Of a stretch of 64,000 nucleotides of DNA, positions 39,336 through 48,981 are shown one piece after another. The DNA is taken from assembly GCA_019057385.1 (NCBI GenBank), contig JAHQJS010000004.1:96001-160000 (forward strand), in the 5' to 3' direction. A program made the position numbers and the translations under genes. Positions within the stretch are counted from its first letter, which is position 1. The number at the start of each line of letters is the position of its first letter. The notes under the pieces are model-generated. The model was given only the letters and a program-made list of their open reading frames with translations, was not told the origin of the DNA and did no database searches. The stretch is from Candidatus Borrarchaeum weybense (GTDB lineage Archaea > Asgardarchaeota > Sifarchaeia > Borrarchaeales > Borrarchaeaceae).

Positions 39336-40541
39336 TCATTTTATCTGGTCATTGAGAAAAACTTTAATAAACTCCTCACCAGTCAACTGCCCAAAACTAC
39401 CTCTGCTACAGGAGTCTTCAGTAAAAGTTTTGATATCGTCAGGTTCTTCATTTTTATCATAAATTAAGAAAGGAACTGGCTCACAGGTATGAGTTCTTAC
39501 ACTTATTGGGTTATAATGATCAGTTAGAACAGTTAATTTAATGTTATCCTTTAATTTCTTTAAAATTCTTCCAACAACCCTTTTATCAAAGTCTTCTATG
39601 CATTTGATTTTTAAATTCAAGTCTCCTTGATGAGATGCTTCGTCGGGTGCCTCAATATGAACGTAAACCAGGTCATAGGTTTCCAAGGCTTTTAGACATT
39701 CCTCTGCTTTTCCTTCGTAATTAGTATCATATAAGCCAGTCGCGCCGTCTACATCTATTACATTAAACCCCGCATAAATGCCTAATCCACGGATTAAATC
39801 AACAGCAGAAATCACAGCTCCTTTAATACCAAATTTTTCTTGAAACGTTTTCATAACGGGCTTTCTCCCAGGTGCCCACGGCCAGATCATATTTGCTGCA
39901 TTTTTGCCAGCGTTTACCCTCCTGATATTTACGGGATGATTCTCCAATACAGATCTTGATTGGATGATAAGGGTATTGAGAAGTTCTGCAGTTTTTTCGC
40001 CGCTGATATCCTTAGCTTTTACAAGTACATCCTTGAAAGGTGTTCCAGGGACATCATGAGGAGGTGTACATATTAAATCAGGGCTGTATTTGTGTTTTAA
40101 GATGAGGATGTGCCTGTAACTAACTCCTGGAAAAAATCTAATTTCCTCATTGCCAAGTTCTTTGGCGACTGCTTCGATTAACTCGTGGCTTTCTTCGCTT
40201 GAGATATGTCCTCCAGAATGGTTTTTAATTGTGTCATTTTCAACACAGATGGTATTACACCTAAAAGCAATATCTCTTTCATCAACGTTGATTCCCATTG
40301 CTGCAGCTTCTAGAACACCTCTTCCTTGAAAATTGCTTATGTCGTACCCCAGTATGGACATATTTGCAAGGGCGCTTTCTGGATCGGCTCCCTCAGGTAT
40401 TGTCACTAATTTACCACATTTCCCCATAGAGGCTAGTTTATCTAGGTTAGGAGTTTTTGCAACTTCTAAAGGTGTTTTATGTCCTAATTCCTCGATTGGA
40501 TAATCCCCCATGCCATCTCCGACAATTATTATATATTTCAT
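39336..40541 (-). CDS. apgM: Cofactor-independent phosphoglycerate mutase (ApgM) family protein
   Basis: GDGMGD, TPNLD, S..AN.SILGYD, HIEAPDEASH, TDH.PI...HT..PVP. Confidence 0.88.
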   Translation of the reverse strand: MKYIIIVGDGMGDYPIEELGHKTPLEVAKTPNLDKLASMGKCGKLVTIPEGADPESALANMSILGYDISNFQGRGVLEAAAMGINVDERDIAFRCNTICVENDTIKNHSGGHISSEESHELIEAVAKELGNEEIRFFPGVSYRHILILKHKYSPDLICTPPHDVPGTPFKDVLVKAKDISGEKTAELLNTLIIQSRSVLENHPVNIRRVNAGKNAANMIWPWAPGRKPVMKTFQEKFGIKGAVISAVDLIRGLGIYAGFNVIDVDGATGLYDTNYEGKAEECLKALETYDLVYVHIEAPDEASHQGDLNLKIKCIEDFDKRVVGRILKKLKDNIKLTVLTDHYNPISVRTHTCEPVPFLIYDKNEEPDDIKTFTEDSCSRGSFGQLTGEEFIKVFLNDQIK

Positions 40542-40727
40542 TATATCGCCACGATATAACTGCTTGAAAGGAGCTGTTATGTATTATTTGCATTTTCAGT
40601 TTAAAGCCCTTCATTTTCTAATCCATACAATTCTTAAATATTATTCTCCCGATGAGACTGATGAGAAAAGAATACAAATGATGCATAAGGTATTTAAGAA
40701 TCAATTTTTTAGATGATAGCGATCTAA

Positions 40728-41009
40728 ATGGCACAGATCAAAATAACTTATTTTTCAATGCTTAGAGAAGTGACTGGCAGGCATGAGGAGGGCTTAGAAG
40801 TCGGCAATACTGTTCGTTCTGCTCTTCAAAAACTATTTGAGAAATATGGCGAAAGGTTGCGTAAAATTATAATCAAGGAGCAAGATATTCCTCATGATTC
40901 AGTAATAATCGCTTTAAACGGCAAATCGATCAAATATCTAAAAGGGCTTGATACGATATTGAATGATGGGGACAAATTGACATTCTTCTTTGCAGCTGGA
41001 GGCGGGTGA
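40728..41009 (+). CDS. MoaD/ThiS/SAMP ubiquitin-like sulfur carrier
   Basis: LREVTG, LNG, L.DGD.....AAGGG C-terminus. Confidence 0.9.
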   Translation: MAQIKITYFSMLREVTGRHEEGLEVGNTVRSALQKLFEKYGERLRKIIIKEQDIPHDSVIIALNGKSIKYLKGLDTILNDGDKLTFFFAAGGG

Positions 41010-41124
41010 AATAAAATGGAGTCGGTCGTATTAGAAAAGTAAAAGTCAGCTAAGCAATTGCTTTACAAAAAGTTTAAAAGACTAAATCTACCACCGGGTA
41101 CCATCAGTTTCTGGGGCAAAATAC

Positions 41125-41211
41125 ATGATGATCTTAATGCAATCCACTTTCCTTACTAGTTCTTATCATGCTTTCTATAACTTCTTCCCAGGAACAACGA
41201 CGACGTACTAA
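41125..41211 (+). CDS. Putative threonine leader peptide (MMILMQSTFLTSSYHAFYNFFPGTTTTY)
   Basis: 28-codon ORF with ACA ACG ACG ACG one codon before the stop, followed by a hairpin and T-run, 97 nt upstream of aspartate kinase. Confidence 0.6.
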   Translation: MMILMQSTFLTSSYHAFYNFFPGTTTTY

Positions 41212-41308
41212 CGCACCCATCTTGTTTTGATGTGGCGTGTTGGAGGTTTTTGATGTCTATCTCTTATCAAAAATTATATCTATCAAAAAATAGAGGCTGA
41301 GGCAAATT

Positions 41309-42724
41309 ATGCGTGTTGTTATGAAATTTGGTGGCACTTCAATTGGTAATGGATCGAATTTCGGTCATGTAGCAAAAATCATCAATTCTTATGCAGAAAG
41401 TCATGAGACAATCGTATTGGTTTCAGCAATGGCAGGAGTTACCGATCAGTTAATTGACTGCGCAGAACGATCTCAAAAAGACATTACAAAAGAAGTTCTC
41501 AGAGATTTTATTCAAGAATTACTGAAAAAGCATCTAAAAGCGGCAGAAGAGAGTATCGATGATGAGTTCATCTTAAAAGAGGTCGAACAAAAACTTACTG
41601 AAACTCTCGAAGAATTAGAAAGAGTATTGATTGGCATCTCTTTATTAAAAGAGCTGAGTTCACAGGCTAAAGATAAAGTTATGTCTTTTGGTGAACGACT
41701 ATCGACACCAATTCTTTGGGGTGCAGTCAAGAACTTGAATATTCCTGTTGTGTATTTAACGGGATATGAGGCTGGAATTGTCACAGATGAACGCTTTGGA
41801 AACGCTCGACCTATTTGGAATATCTCCATTGAAAAAATTCAGAAAACTCTTGTGCCTCTTCTTGAACAGCGATACACAATAATTATTTCTGGTTTTATTG
41901 CAGGGACTGAAGATGGTCTTATCACAACTTTGGGACGTGGTGGTACTGATTTTTCTGCAGCGATAATTGGGACTTCCATTGAGGCTGATGAAATAATTTT
42001 TTGGAAAGAAACAACTGGTGTTTTAACTACAGACCCAAATCTTGAGCCAAATGCACAGACTATACCTTCTTTGTCGTATGCCGAAGCGATGGAACTTGCC
42101 TACTTTGGGGCGAAGATTCTCCATCCTAAATGCCTTCAACCTGTTATGGAGAGAGAAAACATTCTGGTTCGGGTCAAAAATACGTTTAAACCTGATGCAG
42201 AAGGATCAATAATAGTCCCCGCTACGGAACAGGTTGAAAATGTCGCAAAGGCAGTAAGTGTACTATTTAATGCTGGAATAATAGAGGTTGGAGGTGCTGA
42301 GATGATCGGCACCCCTGGAATTGCAGCTCATATATTTGGTGCCTTCGAGAAAGCTGACGCAAATGTTATAATGATTTCTCAAAGTAGTAGCGAAGCAAAC
42401 ATCTCTGTCGTTGTAAATCGCTCCGATATAAGAAAGACAGAAAAAGTGTTGAAAGAGACATTTGCTTATACAAACTATATCAAATATGTTCGAAGCGAAG
42501 ACGACATATGCGTCATTGGAGTAGTGGGAGAAGGTTTAAAGGGTACTCCTGGAGTTGCAGCTAAGGTTTTCCAAGCGGTTGCACAAAAAGGGGTAAACGT
42601 CCGGATGATTGCACAAGGATCATCAGAATTAAATATCAGTTTTGTTGTCAAGGAAAAAGACGGAGGCTTAGCTGTTAGGGCACTTCACGAGGCTTTCGAA
42701 TTAGGTGAGAAAATAATTAAGTGA
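41309..42724 (+). CDS. lysC: Aspartate kinase
   Basis: MKFGGTS, VSAM.GVTD, SFGERLS, TLGRGGTD, two ACT domains (MISQSSSE; MIAQGSSE). Confidence 0.95.
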   Translation: MRVVMKFGGTSIGNGSNFGHVAKIINSYAESHETIVLVSAMAGVTDQLIDCAERSQKDITKEVLRDFIQELLKKHLKAAEESIDDEFILKEVEQKLTETLEELERVLIGISLLKELSSQAKDKVMSFGERLSTPILWGAVKNLNIPVVYLTGYEAGIVTDERFGNARPIWNISIEKIQKTLVPLLEQRYTIIISGFIAGTEDGLITTLGRGGTDFSAAIIGTSIEADEIIFWKETTGVLTTDPNLEPNAQTIPSLSYAEAMELAYFGAKILHPKCLQPVMERENILVRVKNTFKPDAEGSIIVPATEQVENVAKAVSVLFNAGIIEVGGAEMIGTPGIAAHIFGAFEKADANVIMISQSSSEANISVVVNRSDIRKTEKVLKETFAYTNYIKYVRSEDDICVIGVVGEGLKGTPGVAAKVFQAVAQKGVNVRMIAQGSSELNISFVVKEKDGGLAVRALHEAFELGEKIIK

Positions 42725-42737
42725 CAAGGGATGTAAA

Positions 42738-43826
42738 ATGGATAAAATTAAAATAGGCGTATTAGGTGCTACGGGCGTTGTTGGACAAAACTATGTTCGA
42801 TTATTAGCAAACCATCCATGGTTTGAAATAGTAGACGTTGCCGCGTCACCCAGATCCGCTGGAAAGTCATATTATGACGCAGTAAAAAAGAAATGGCAGA
42901 TGATAGTTCCCATACCAGAAAACGTCAAGAATTTAATTGTCAGGGACGTGCAAGATTTTGACTCATTAAACCCGGAGATATCATTCGTATTCTCCGCAAT
43001 GACCCTTCCAAAAGAAGATACCAGACAAATTGAATTTGCGTATGCACATAAAGGAATTCCGGTAGTCAGTAATAGTTCAGCAAATAGACGGATAGAAGAC
43101 GTGCCGATGTTAATACCCGAAATTAATTATAAACACGTAGATATCATCCCAATCCAACAAAAGAACCGAGGGATTCTAAACGGCGGCTTTGTTGCTGTCA
43201 AGCCGAATTGTTCTCTTCAAAGTTACATGACTCCTCTTTATGCACTGGAACACGCTGGATATAAGATAGACAAAGTAATTATTACCACCTTACAAGCGAC
43301 ATCTGGTGCGGGTTATCCGGGTGTGCCTTCATTAGATATGGTGGATAATATTGTTCCTTATATTTCCGGTGAAGAAACTAAATCGGAAGAAGAACCGATG
43401 AAGATTCTAGGGAAAATTGGTGAGAAGGGAATTGAGAATTATGAAGATATTCAAATAAGTGTAACTTGTACCAGAGTCCCAGTTGTTGATGGTCACACCG
43501 CTTCAGTCAATGTTAAGTTCAAGGATAAAATCCCGACTCGTGAAGAGATTTTAAAAACCTGGAAGGAATTCAAGAGCTTACCTCAAGAGTTAAATCTACC
43601 TTTTGCACCAAAACAGCCAATCATATACATTGACAATGAAGACCGGCCACAACCAAGGAAGGACAGAGATAATGATAAAGGAATGGCAGTAACTGTGGGC
43701 CGACTTCGAAAGGATAATGTATTTGACTGGAAATTTGTAAGCCTAAGTCATAATACCGTAAGAGGAGCCGCTGGTGGCGGAATCTTAAACGCTGAATTGC
43801 TCAAAGCTAAAGGCTATATAAGATAG
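42738..43826 (+). CDS. asd: Aspartate-semialdehyde dehydrogenase
   Basis: LGATGVVG, KPNCS, QATSGAG, RVPVVDGH, HNTVRGAAG. Confidence 0.96.
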   Translation: MDKIKIGVLGATGVVGQNYVRLLANHPWFEIVDVAASPRSAGKSYYDAVKKKWQMIVPIPENVKNLIVRDVQDFDSLNPEISFVFSAMTLPKEDTRQIEFAYAHKGIPVVSNSSANRRIEDVPMLIPEINYKHVDIIPIQQKNRGILNGGFVAVKPNCSLQSYMTPLYALEHAGYKIDKVIITTLQATSGAGYPGVPSLDMVDNIVPYISGEETKSEEEPMKILGKIGEKGIENYEDIQISVTCTRVPVVDGHTASVNVKFKDKIPTREEILKTWKEFKSLPQELNLPFAPKQPIIYIDNEDRPQPRKDRDNDKGMAVTVGRLRKDNVFDWKFVSLSHNTVRGAAGGGILNAELLKAKGYIR

Positions 43827-43943
43827 GGGAAATCTCTTCTTAATGACCTTTCATAGCAGTCTTATCTTTTTTTATGACGACAAAAATAATTCTGACAAGA
43901 ATGAGAACAAAAAATAATAATAAGCAGTGTACAGTAACTTATT

Positions 43944-45107
43944 ATGGATCAAAACTCAAAAGACAATATAACGCCTGCTCTACAGTATGGAGGACAGGAT
44001 TACTTGTCAGAAACAAAAGACATGCCTGAAACTACTGAAGCTAGAATAATACGGCTTCTGTATGAATTAGAGGATAAAAGTTCAAGTTTAAGAGACGATG
44101 TTGCCTATTTGCTTCGCACTCTTGCAAAACGACGAAAAGAAATCAACATACTGATTAATGCGTTGAAACATGAAGATAGTATTATTCGAAAAAACGCCGC
44201 GTATATTCTTGGGAATCTTAGAGATCCTCTGACTGTTGAGCCACTTATTGAAGTATTAAATGATGAGGATGCGAATGTTCGAGGCGAGGTGGTTAGAACC
44301 TTAGGCGCAATTAGAGATGATCGCGCTATAGAGCCTTTAATCAAAACATTAAATGATGAATGTCGAGAGGTTCGGGGATGGGTGGCTTCAGCGTTAACTA
44401 AAATTGGTTTTTCAGCAGTAGACCCTCTTATTGCAGCATTGGATGAAGATAACAATAATATTCGAATGAATGCGACATGGGCACTTGGTCATATTGAAGA
44501 TAGTGCTGAAAAAGCTGTGGCACCGATCACAGGTGTACTTGATGATGAAAACGATGAGGTTCGTTTCTATGCAGCAGAAACATTAGGAATATACATGGAT
44601 ATAAGAACCGTATTAACCTTGCTTGATTCATTGAGAAACGATCTTGATGAAAGTGTTCGTTGGAAAATCATAGAGGCGTTAGGATTTATCAAAGATAAAA
44701 GAGCCGTCAAACCCTTAACTGAAGCGTTAGCAAATGAAGATGCAGGAATCCGTCGAAAAATTGTAGAAGTACTTAGTTTTTTAGGAGATAAAGGCGCAAT
44801 TGTGGAATTGCTCAATTCTTTAAAATATGATGAGGACCCGGGAGTTAGATGGCGTGCAGCAGAATCATTGATGCATCTTGATGAAGAACTTGCAATTGAT
44901 CCACTAATTGTAGCATTAAATGATGAGGACGCAGGAGTCGTAAGAAAAGTTGTGCAACTACTTGGACGAATTGGAGATCAACGCGCAATCCAGCCGCTTA
45001 CTGAGATGAAAAAAGAAGAACTCGATATAACTATTTTTAAAAGAGTCGAAGAATCCTTAGATAGCATTACTAAAAGAATTGGCTTAATATCTCAGGATAA
45101 TCTCTGA
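43944..45107 (+). CDS. HEAT (PBS-lyase-like) repeat protein
   Basis: About 10 repeats of A..PLI.AL.DED..VR..AA..LG. Confidence 0.9.
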   Translation: MDQNSKDNITPALQYGGQDYLSETKDMPETTEARIIRLLYELEDKSSSLRDDVAYLLRTLAKRRKEINILINALKHEDSIIRKNAAYILGNLRDPLTVEPLIEVLNDEDANVRGEVVRTLGAIRDDRAIEPLIKTLNDECREVRGWVASALTKIGFSAVDPLIAALDEDNNNIRMNATWALGHIEDSAEKAVAPITGVLDDENDEVRFYAAETLGIYMDIRTVLTLLDSLRNDLDESVRWKIIEALGFIKDKRAVKPLTEALANEDAGIRRKIVEVLSFLGDKGAIVELLNSLKYDEDPGVRWRAAESLMHLDEELAIDPLIVALNDEDAGVVRKVVQLLGRIGDQRAIQPLTEMKKEELDITIFKRVEESLDSITKRIGLISQDNL

Positions 45108-45145
45108 CCATTTTCGAGTCTAAGCAAATTTTAAGAATCGTTTCT

Positions 45146-46528
45146 GTGGTAGGTGATAGATTGAATTTAATGGCAGAAGTTGAGAATGAATATATCAACC
45201 GGACGCAAAAATCTCAGAAGATGTATCAACTTGCAAAAAATTTCCTTCCAGGAGGAGACGCACGAACAGTCACCTTTTTTGAACCATATCCTGCCTTTAT
45301 TGTAAAAGGTAAAGGATACCAACTTCATGATATTGATGGGAATAACTATACTGATTTTCTGAATAATTATACCTCATTGATACACGGACACTGCCATCCA
45401 AAGATCATTAAAGCGATTAAAGAACAATTGGAAAGTATTCAAGCAATTCACGCCCCAACTGAATATCAAGTCAAATTTGCCGAAATAATTAGTGAAAGAT
45501 TTCCTTCGGTAGATAAAATCCGTATCATGAATTCTGGCACTGAAGCAACCATGAATGCGATACGGTTGGCAAGAGCATATACCGGCAAAGACAAGATTTT
45601 AAAGGCTGAGGGTGGCTATCATGGTACTCATAATAATGCGCAAATAAGTATCCATCCCCATTTGGAGGATTCAAACCCTTTAAATCACCCAAAAAGTATC
45701 CCTGAGAGCAAGGGTATTCCAAAGAGCGTCCTGAAAGATGTTGTAGTTTTCCCCTTTAACCATCAACAAATTACTGAAAATCTAATCAAAGAAAATAAGA
45801 AAGACTTAGCTGCCGTAATTGTTGAGCCGGTAATGGGTGCTGCAGGCATTATCTCTCCAAAAGACGATTATTTGAAGTTCTTAAGGGAAATAACCAATGA
45901 AAATGACGTTCTCCTGATTTTTGATGAGGTAATAACTGCTAGACTTAGCAGAGGTGGTGCACAACAGTATTTCAATGTAATTCCTGACATTACTGCATTT
46001 GGAAAACTGTTTGGGGGTGGCACACCAATTGGAGTGATTGGCGGAAGAGATGAAATTATGATGCTGTATTCTCCGGAGAGAACAGAATTCTTAAGCCAAT
46101 CAGGAACATTTAATGCTAACCCTGTCACATTAGTTGGAGGCATAGCAACATTGGACTTATTGAATGATTCAGCGTACACACGATTGAATTCTTTAGGAAA
46201 CTCATTAAAAGATGGCATTTCGGATACATTCAAAGAATTTGGAATCAATGCTCAAGTTACTGGAGAAGGCTCACTTCTGAACATGCATTTCACAGAAAAG
46301 GAAGTCATAGATTATAGAAGTGCCTCGACTTCTAATGTGGAGCTCTGTTCGTTATTGTACCTATCAATGCTTAATCATGGGATATGGATAGCTCCTAGAC
46401 TGTTGTCATGTATTTCGACACCGATGTCAAAAAAAGAAATTGAGTCATTTCTTGAGGCATTGAGGACCTCCTTGAATAGGATGAAGCCATTTATCAAAGA
46501 GTTTGCTCCTCATTTAATTAAGAACTAA
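45146..46528 (+). CDS. Class III aminotransferase (glutamate-1-semialdehyde aminomutase-like)
   Basis: DIDGN.Y.D, NSGTEAT, GGYHG, IVEP, LIFDEV.T.R, FGK..GGG.P.G, SGTFNANP. Confidence 0.88.
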   Translation: MVGDRLNLMAEVENEYINRTQKSQKMYQLAKNFLPGGDARTVTFFEPYPAFIVKGKGYQLHDIDGNNYTDFLNNYTSLIHGHCHPKIIKAIKEQLESIQAIHAPTEYQVKFAEIISERFPSVDKIRIMNSGTEATMNAIRLARAYTGKDKILKAEGGYHGTHNNAQISIHPHLEDSNPLNHPKSIPESKGIPKSVLKDVVVFPFNHQQITENLIKENKKDLAAVIVEPVMGAAGIISPKDDYLKFLREITNENDVLLIFDEVITARLSRGGAQQYFNVIPDITAFGKLFGGGTPIGVIGGRDEIMMLYSPERTEFLSQSGTFNANPVTLVGGIATLDLLNDSAYTRLNSLGNSLKDGISDTFKEFGINAQVTGEGSLLNMHFTEKEVIDYRSASTSNVELCSLLYLSMLNHGIWIAPRLLSCISTPMSKKEIESFLEALRTSLNRMKPFIKEFAPHLIKN

Positions 46529-46626
46529 TGCCCTTTAGGTTGAGATGACTTTGAAGAAATTTAGAGGAGTTGAAATATTATAAAATCATAAATCTTATGA
46601 TATTATATTTGCGTTTTTACTGTATT

Positions 46627-46740
46627 ATTACAAAAGAATTAATAGACTCATAAGGATTGAAATTTGGCGGTAAGGATGGACGTGACTTTATTGTATGCTA
46701 ATTTTACAAAAACGCTTCTTTAAGCCATAAGGATTGAAAC
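46627..46740 (+). CRISPR. Orphan mini-array A: two degenerate repeats and one ~39-nt spacer
   Basis: 46627-46663 matches the main repeat (crRNA sense) at 29/37; the second unit ~46703-46740 also ends CATAAGGATTGAAAC; normal spacer length. Confidence 0.7.
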
Positions 46741-46885
46741 ATCGCCGATATCTAAAAGAATGAGATTTTTTAATTGAACTGAAAGTACGTATGTTAAACT
46801 TTAAGTCATGCAGGGTCTAAGCATGGAAATGAAGGTCTCTCTTCTGTGATGATCTGGAAAATTCTGAGAAAAGCCTTGACTAAAA

Positions 46886-48334
46886 TTAATATTTCAAAAT
46901 GAATTCCTTCCTTTCGTTCCAGAATACATCTGGATTCCGTTGTTTGCCATACCCTAACCATTTATCGATTTTTACCCATAAGCGGTTCAACAAGGGAAAA
47001 TGTTTAATAAAAAATCGTGCGACACAATGTAACGAATGACGACTTTTCGTAAAGGGGCAAGAGGTGATGCAGACACTGCAGTCATTTCCATTGATTGTCC
47101 AGAAGTGATAGCAGGTCTCAGCGTTCACATACCATTTCAATACGCCAGGATTGTTTGATATAGTGGGACCTGACCACGATGGATCTCTTTCATAACTGAT
47201 TGACTGAGAGGGACAGGCTTCTGCGCACCGTTTGCATGTGCGGCAAAAATCGAGTGCTCCAAAATTGATTGATTTGTCCGGTACGAGGGGAAGATTGGTC
47301 AAGACTTTGCAGATTCTCACATTAGATCCAAATTGAGGGGTGATTAGTAACCCATGACGACCATATTGCCCTATTCCTGCATCAATGGCCATGGGCACAC
47401 TTAATCCAATATTATTCCCCGCCGGTATGGCATCATAGCCTAAGCCTCGGATAAACTCAGCAAGGCATGCTTGGATGAATGCCATGCGCGAATAACCATT
47501 GCCCGTCGCAAAGGCACCAGGGAATGCAGGGGTAGTTTGCAAAGCTTCTAGATCCATCTCAACGGCGACAACAATGGCGTTTTCAATATGATCGGGAATA
47601 TTAATGGGGTTTCCTTGTCTGTCGTGGGTATATAACCAGTCACGGTTGAGTTTGCAAACACCCACTAGTGCTGCCCCAAAGGCTTTTGCAGCCTGCTTCA
47701 CGATCTTTGTCATATTGTGGGGATCATCAATTATGACTTTTATGTCAGCGGGTTTTTCAAGTTCTACATCAAAACGTGCATCAATGGAGGCATTCAACTT
47801 CTTCCATGAAAAAGCTTCAGTAAAATGATCATAAACTGTCCAAGATGCTGAACTCAAAGCCTCATCAATTCTTGAATACCCTTTCTTGTTCAGGCGAAAA
47901 ACTTCTTCAAGATGAGCATGAACTCCAACTTGGTAATCTGCAAAACTAGGATCATTAAGCATCCGGGCAAAAATGATATGTTCCTCAGTGAAGGGACGGT
48001 AAACGCTGTGGTTGATAACGTAAGGACTTTGCTTCCAATGGTTCAAGTCCTCTGAAAGAGTCAAATCCTGTGTAGATTGCCGAGGTTTTACGATTTCGAC
48101 GCAGTAATCGATTGCTGCCATTGGACAATTGTCTAAACAGCGTCTGCAACTTCCACAGTTTCTAGACTTAATAATTGGCTTTCTGGTCTCGTTCGAGATG
48201 AAGATTGGACGGTGAATCGTAGACCGTTTTACAACTGGACATACATCTACACATTTATAATGGCAGCATTCTGGATCGCATTTTGTGTAGTCAACGCGGA
48301 TTTCTCTTTTGGTTTGTTTAGTTGTCGTTTTCAG
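46886..48334 (-). CDS. rdhA: Reductive dehalogenase (RdhA/QueG-like) with N-terminal ABCE1/RLI-like 2x[4Fe-4S] domain
   Basis: FGAALVG, YSRM, SVP.AIDAGIGQYGRHG..ITPQFG..VR, FCRTCKRCAEACP, C..CITSCP; the frame stays open 71 codons upstream of the ORF-track ATG (48121) to CTG at 48334. Confidence 0.85.
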   Translation of the reverse strand: MKTTTKQTKREIRVDYTKCDPECCHYKCVDVCPVVKRSTIHRPIFISNETRKPIIKSRNCGSCRRCLDNCPMAAIDYCVEIVKPRQSTQDLTLSEDLNHWKQSPYVINHSVYRPFTEEHIIFARMLNDPSFADYQVGVHAHLEEVFRLNKKGYSRIDEALSSASWTVYDHFTEAFSWKKLNASIDARFDVELEKPADIKVIIDDPHNMTKIVKQAAKAFGAALVGVCKLNRDWLYTHDRQGNPINIPDHIENAIVVAVEMDLEALQTTPAFPGAFATGNGYSRMAFIQACLAEFIRGLGYDAIPAGNNIGLSVPMAIDAGIGQYGRHGLLITPQFGSNVRICKVLTNLPLVPDKSINFGALDFCRTCKRCAEACPSQSISYERDPSWSGPTISNNPGVLKWYVNAETCYHFWTINGNDCSVCITSCPFTKSRHSLHCVARFFIKHFPLLNRLWVKIDKWLGYGKQRNPDVFWNERKEFILKY

Positions 48335-48548
48335 TCACTCCGATATATGAGCTACTTGTTTTTTGCTTAGGGTTTTATCAATTGCTTTTAGACATTATTA
48401 GTTTCATACTCATGTTCTCTATATCGAATATCTTATGACGGTTTAGGTATTAAGCTTAATAACTGTTTGCACGTTCAATAAGAACGCTATTTACAAAAAA
48501 TAGAGCCTCTTAGATTGACTAAAGAAAAAAAACTATTGATTTTTTTAT

Positions 48549-48953
48549 CTTTTCTACGCAAGAAGTCCCCCCAACTTATTGGGGGGATGAATTGAGGTCT
48601 GACGTTGCTCACACAACCCTTTCTGCGAGCATAGGGGGTGGTGTACCCAACCTCGGGTGGTGTTTTAATGACGGGTACTCGCTAGTTCCGCCGCTCCCAA
48701 CATCAGGGGAGTAGGTTCTTTTCTCCAAGGTTATCAGTCAGTACTCTACGATGATCACTGAGAGTTTCCTCTCTGTTTAAACCACCATTTACAGAGCACG
48801 GGAATAGAGAGGCATTCCGTGGTGTGTTCTTGAACTCTCCTGATAACGTAGATACCGTAATAGGTGTTTCATCACGACTTCCCTTAGGTTAATCAACCAA
48901 TTACTCTCGATTCTCACGGAACAAGTCCCCTAACATGTTAGGGGGTGATTGAC
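48549..48953 (+). mobile_element. 405-bp non-autonomous IS200/IS605 element carrying an IscB-type omegaRNA, no ORF
   Basis: TTTAT at 48544-48548, then N8-CGCAAGAAG and a CCCCCCAA..TTGGGGGG hairpin like the tnpB IS; right-end hairpin CCCCTAAC-AT-GTTAGGGG ending TTGAC. Confidence 0.85.
48690..48953 (-). ncRNA. HEARO / IscB omegaRNA scaffold (orphan)
   Basis: Minus strand reads GTCAATCACCCCC..GGGGACTTG...GTTGATTAACCTAAG...CTACGTTATCAGG...CACACC.CGGAATGC...GCTCTG...TTAAACAG...CAGTG...AACCTTGG, the order of motifs I recall for HEARO RNAs; 3' boundary approximate. Confidence 0.75.
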
Positions 48954-48981
48954 GTTTCTTTTATACACATCTAAAAAAGAA

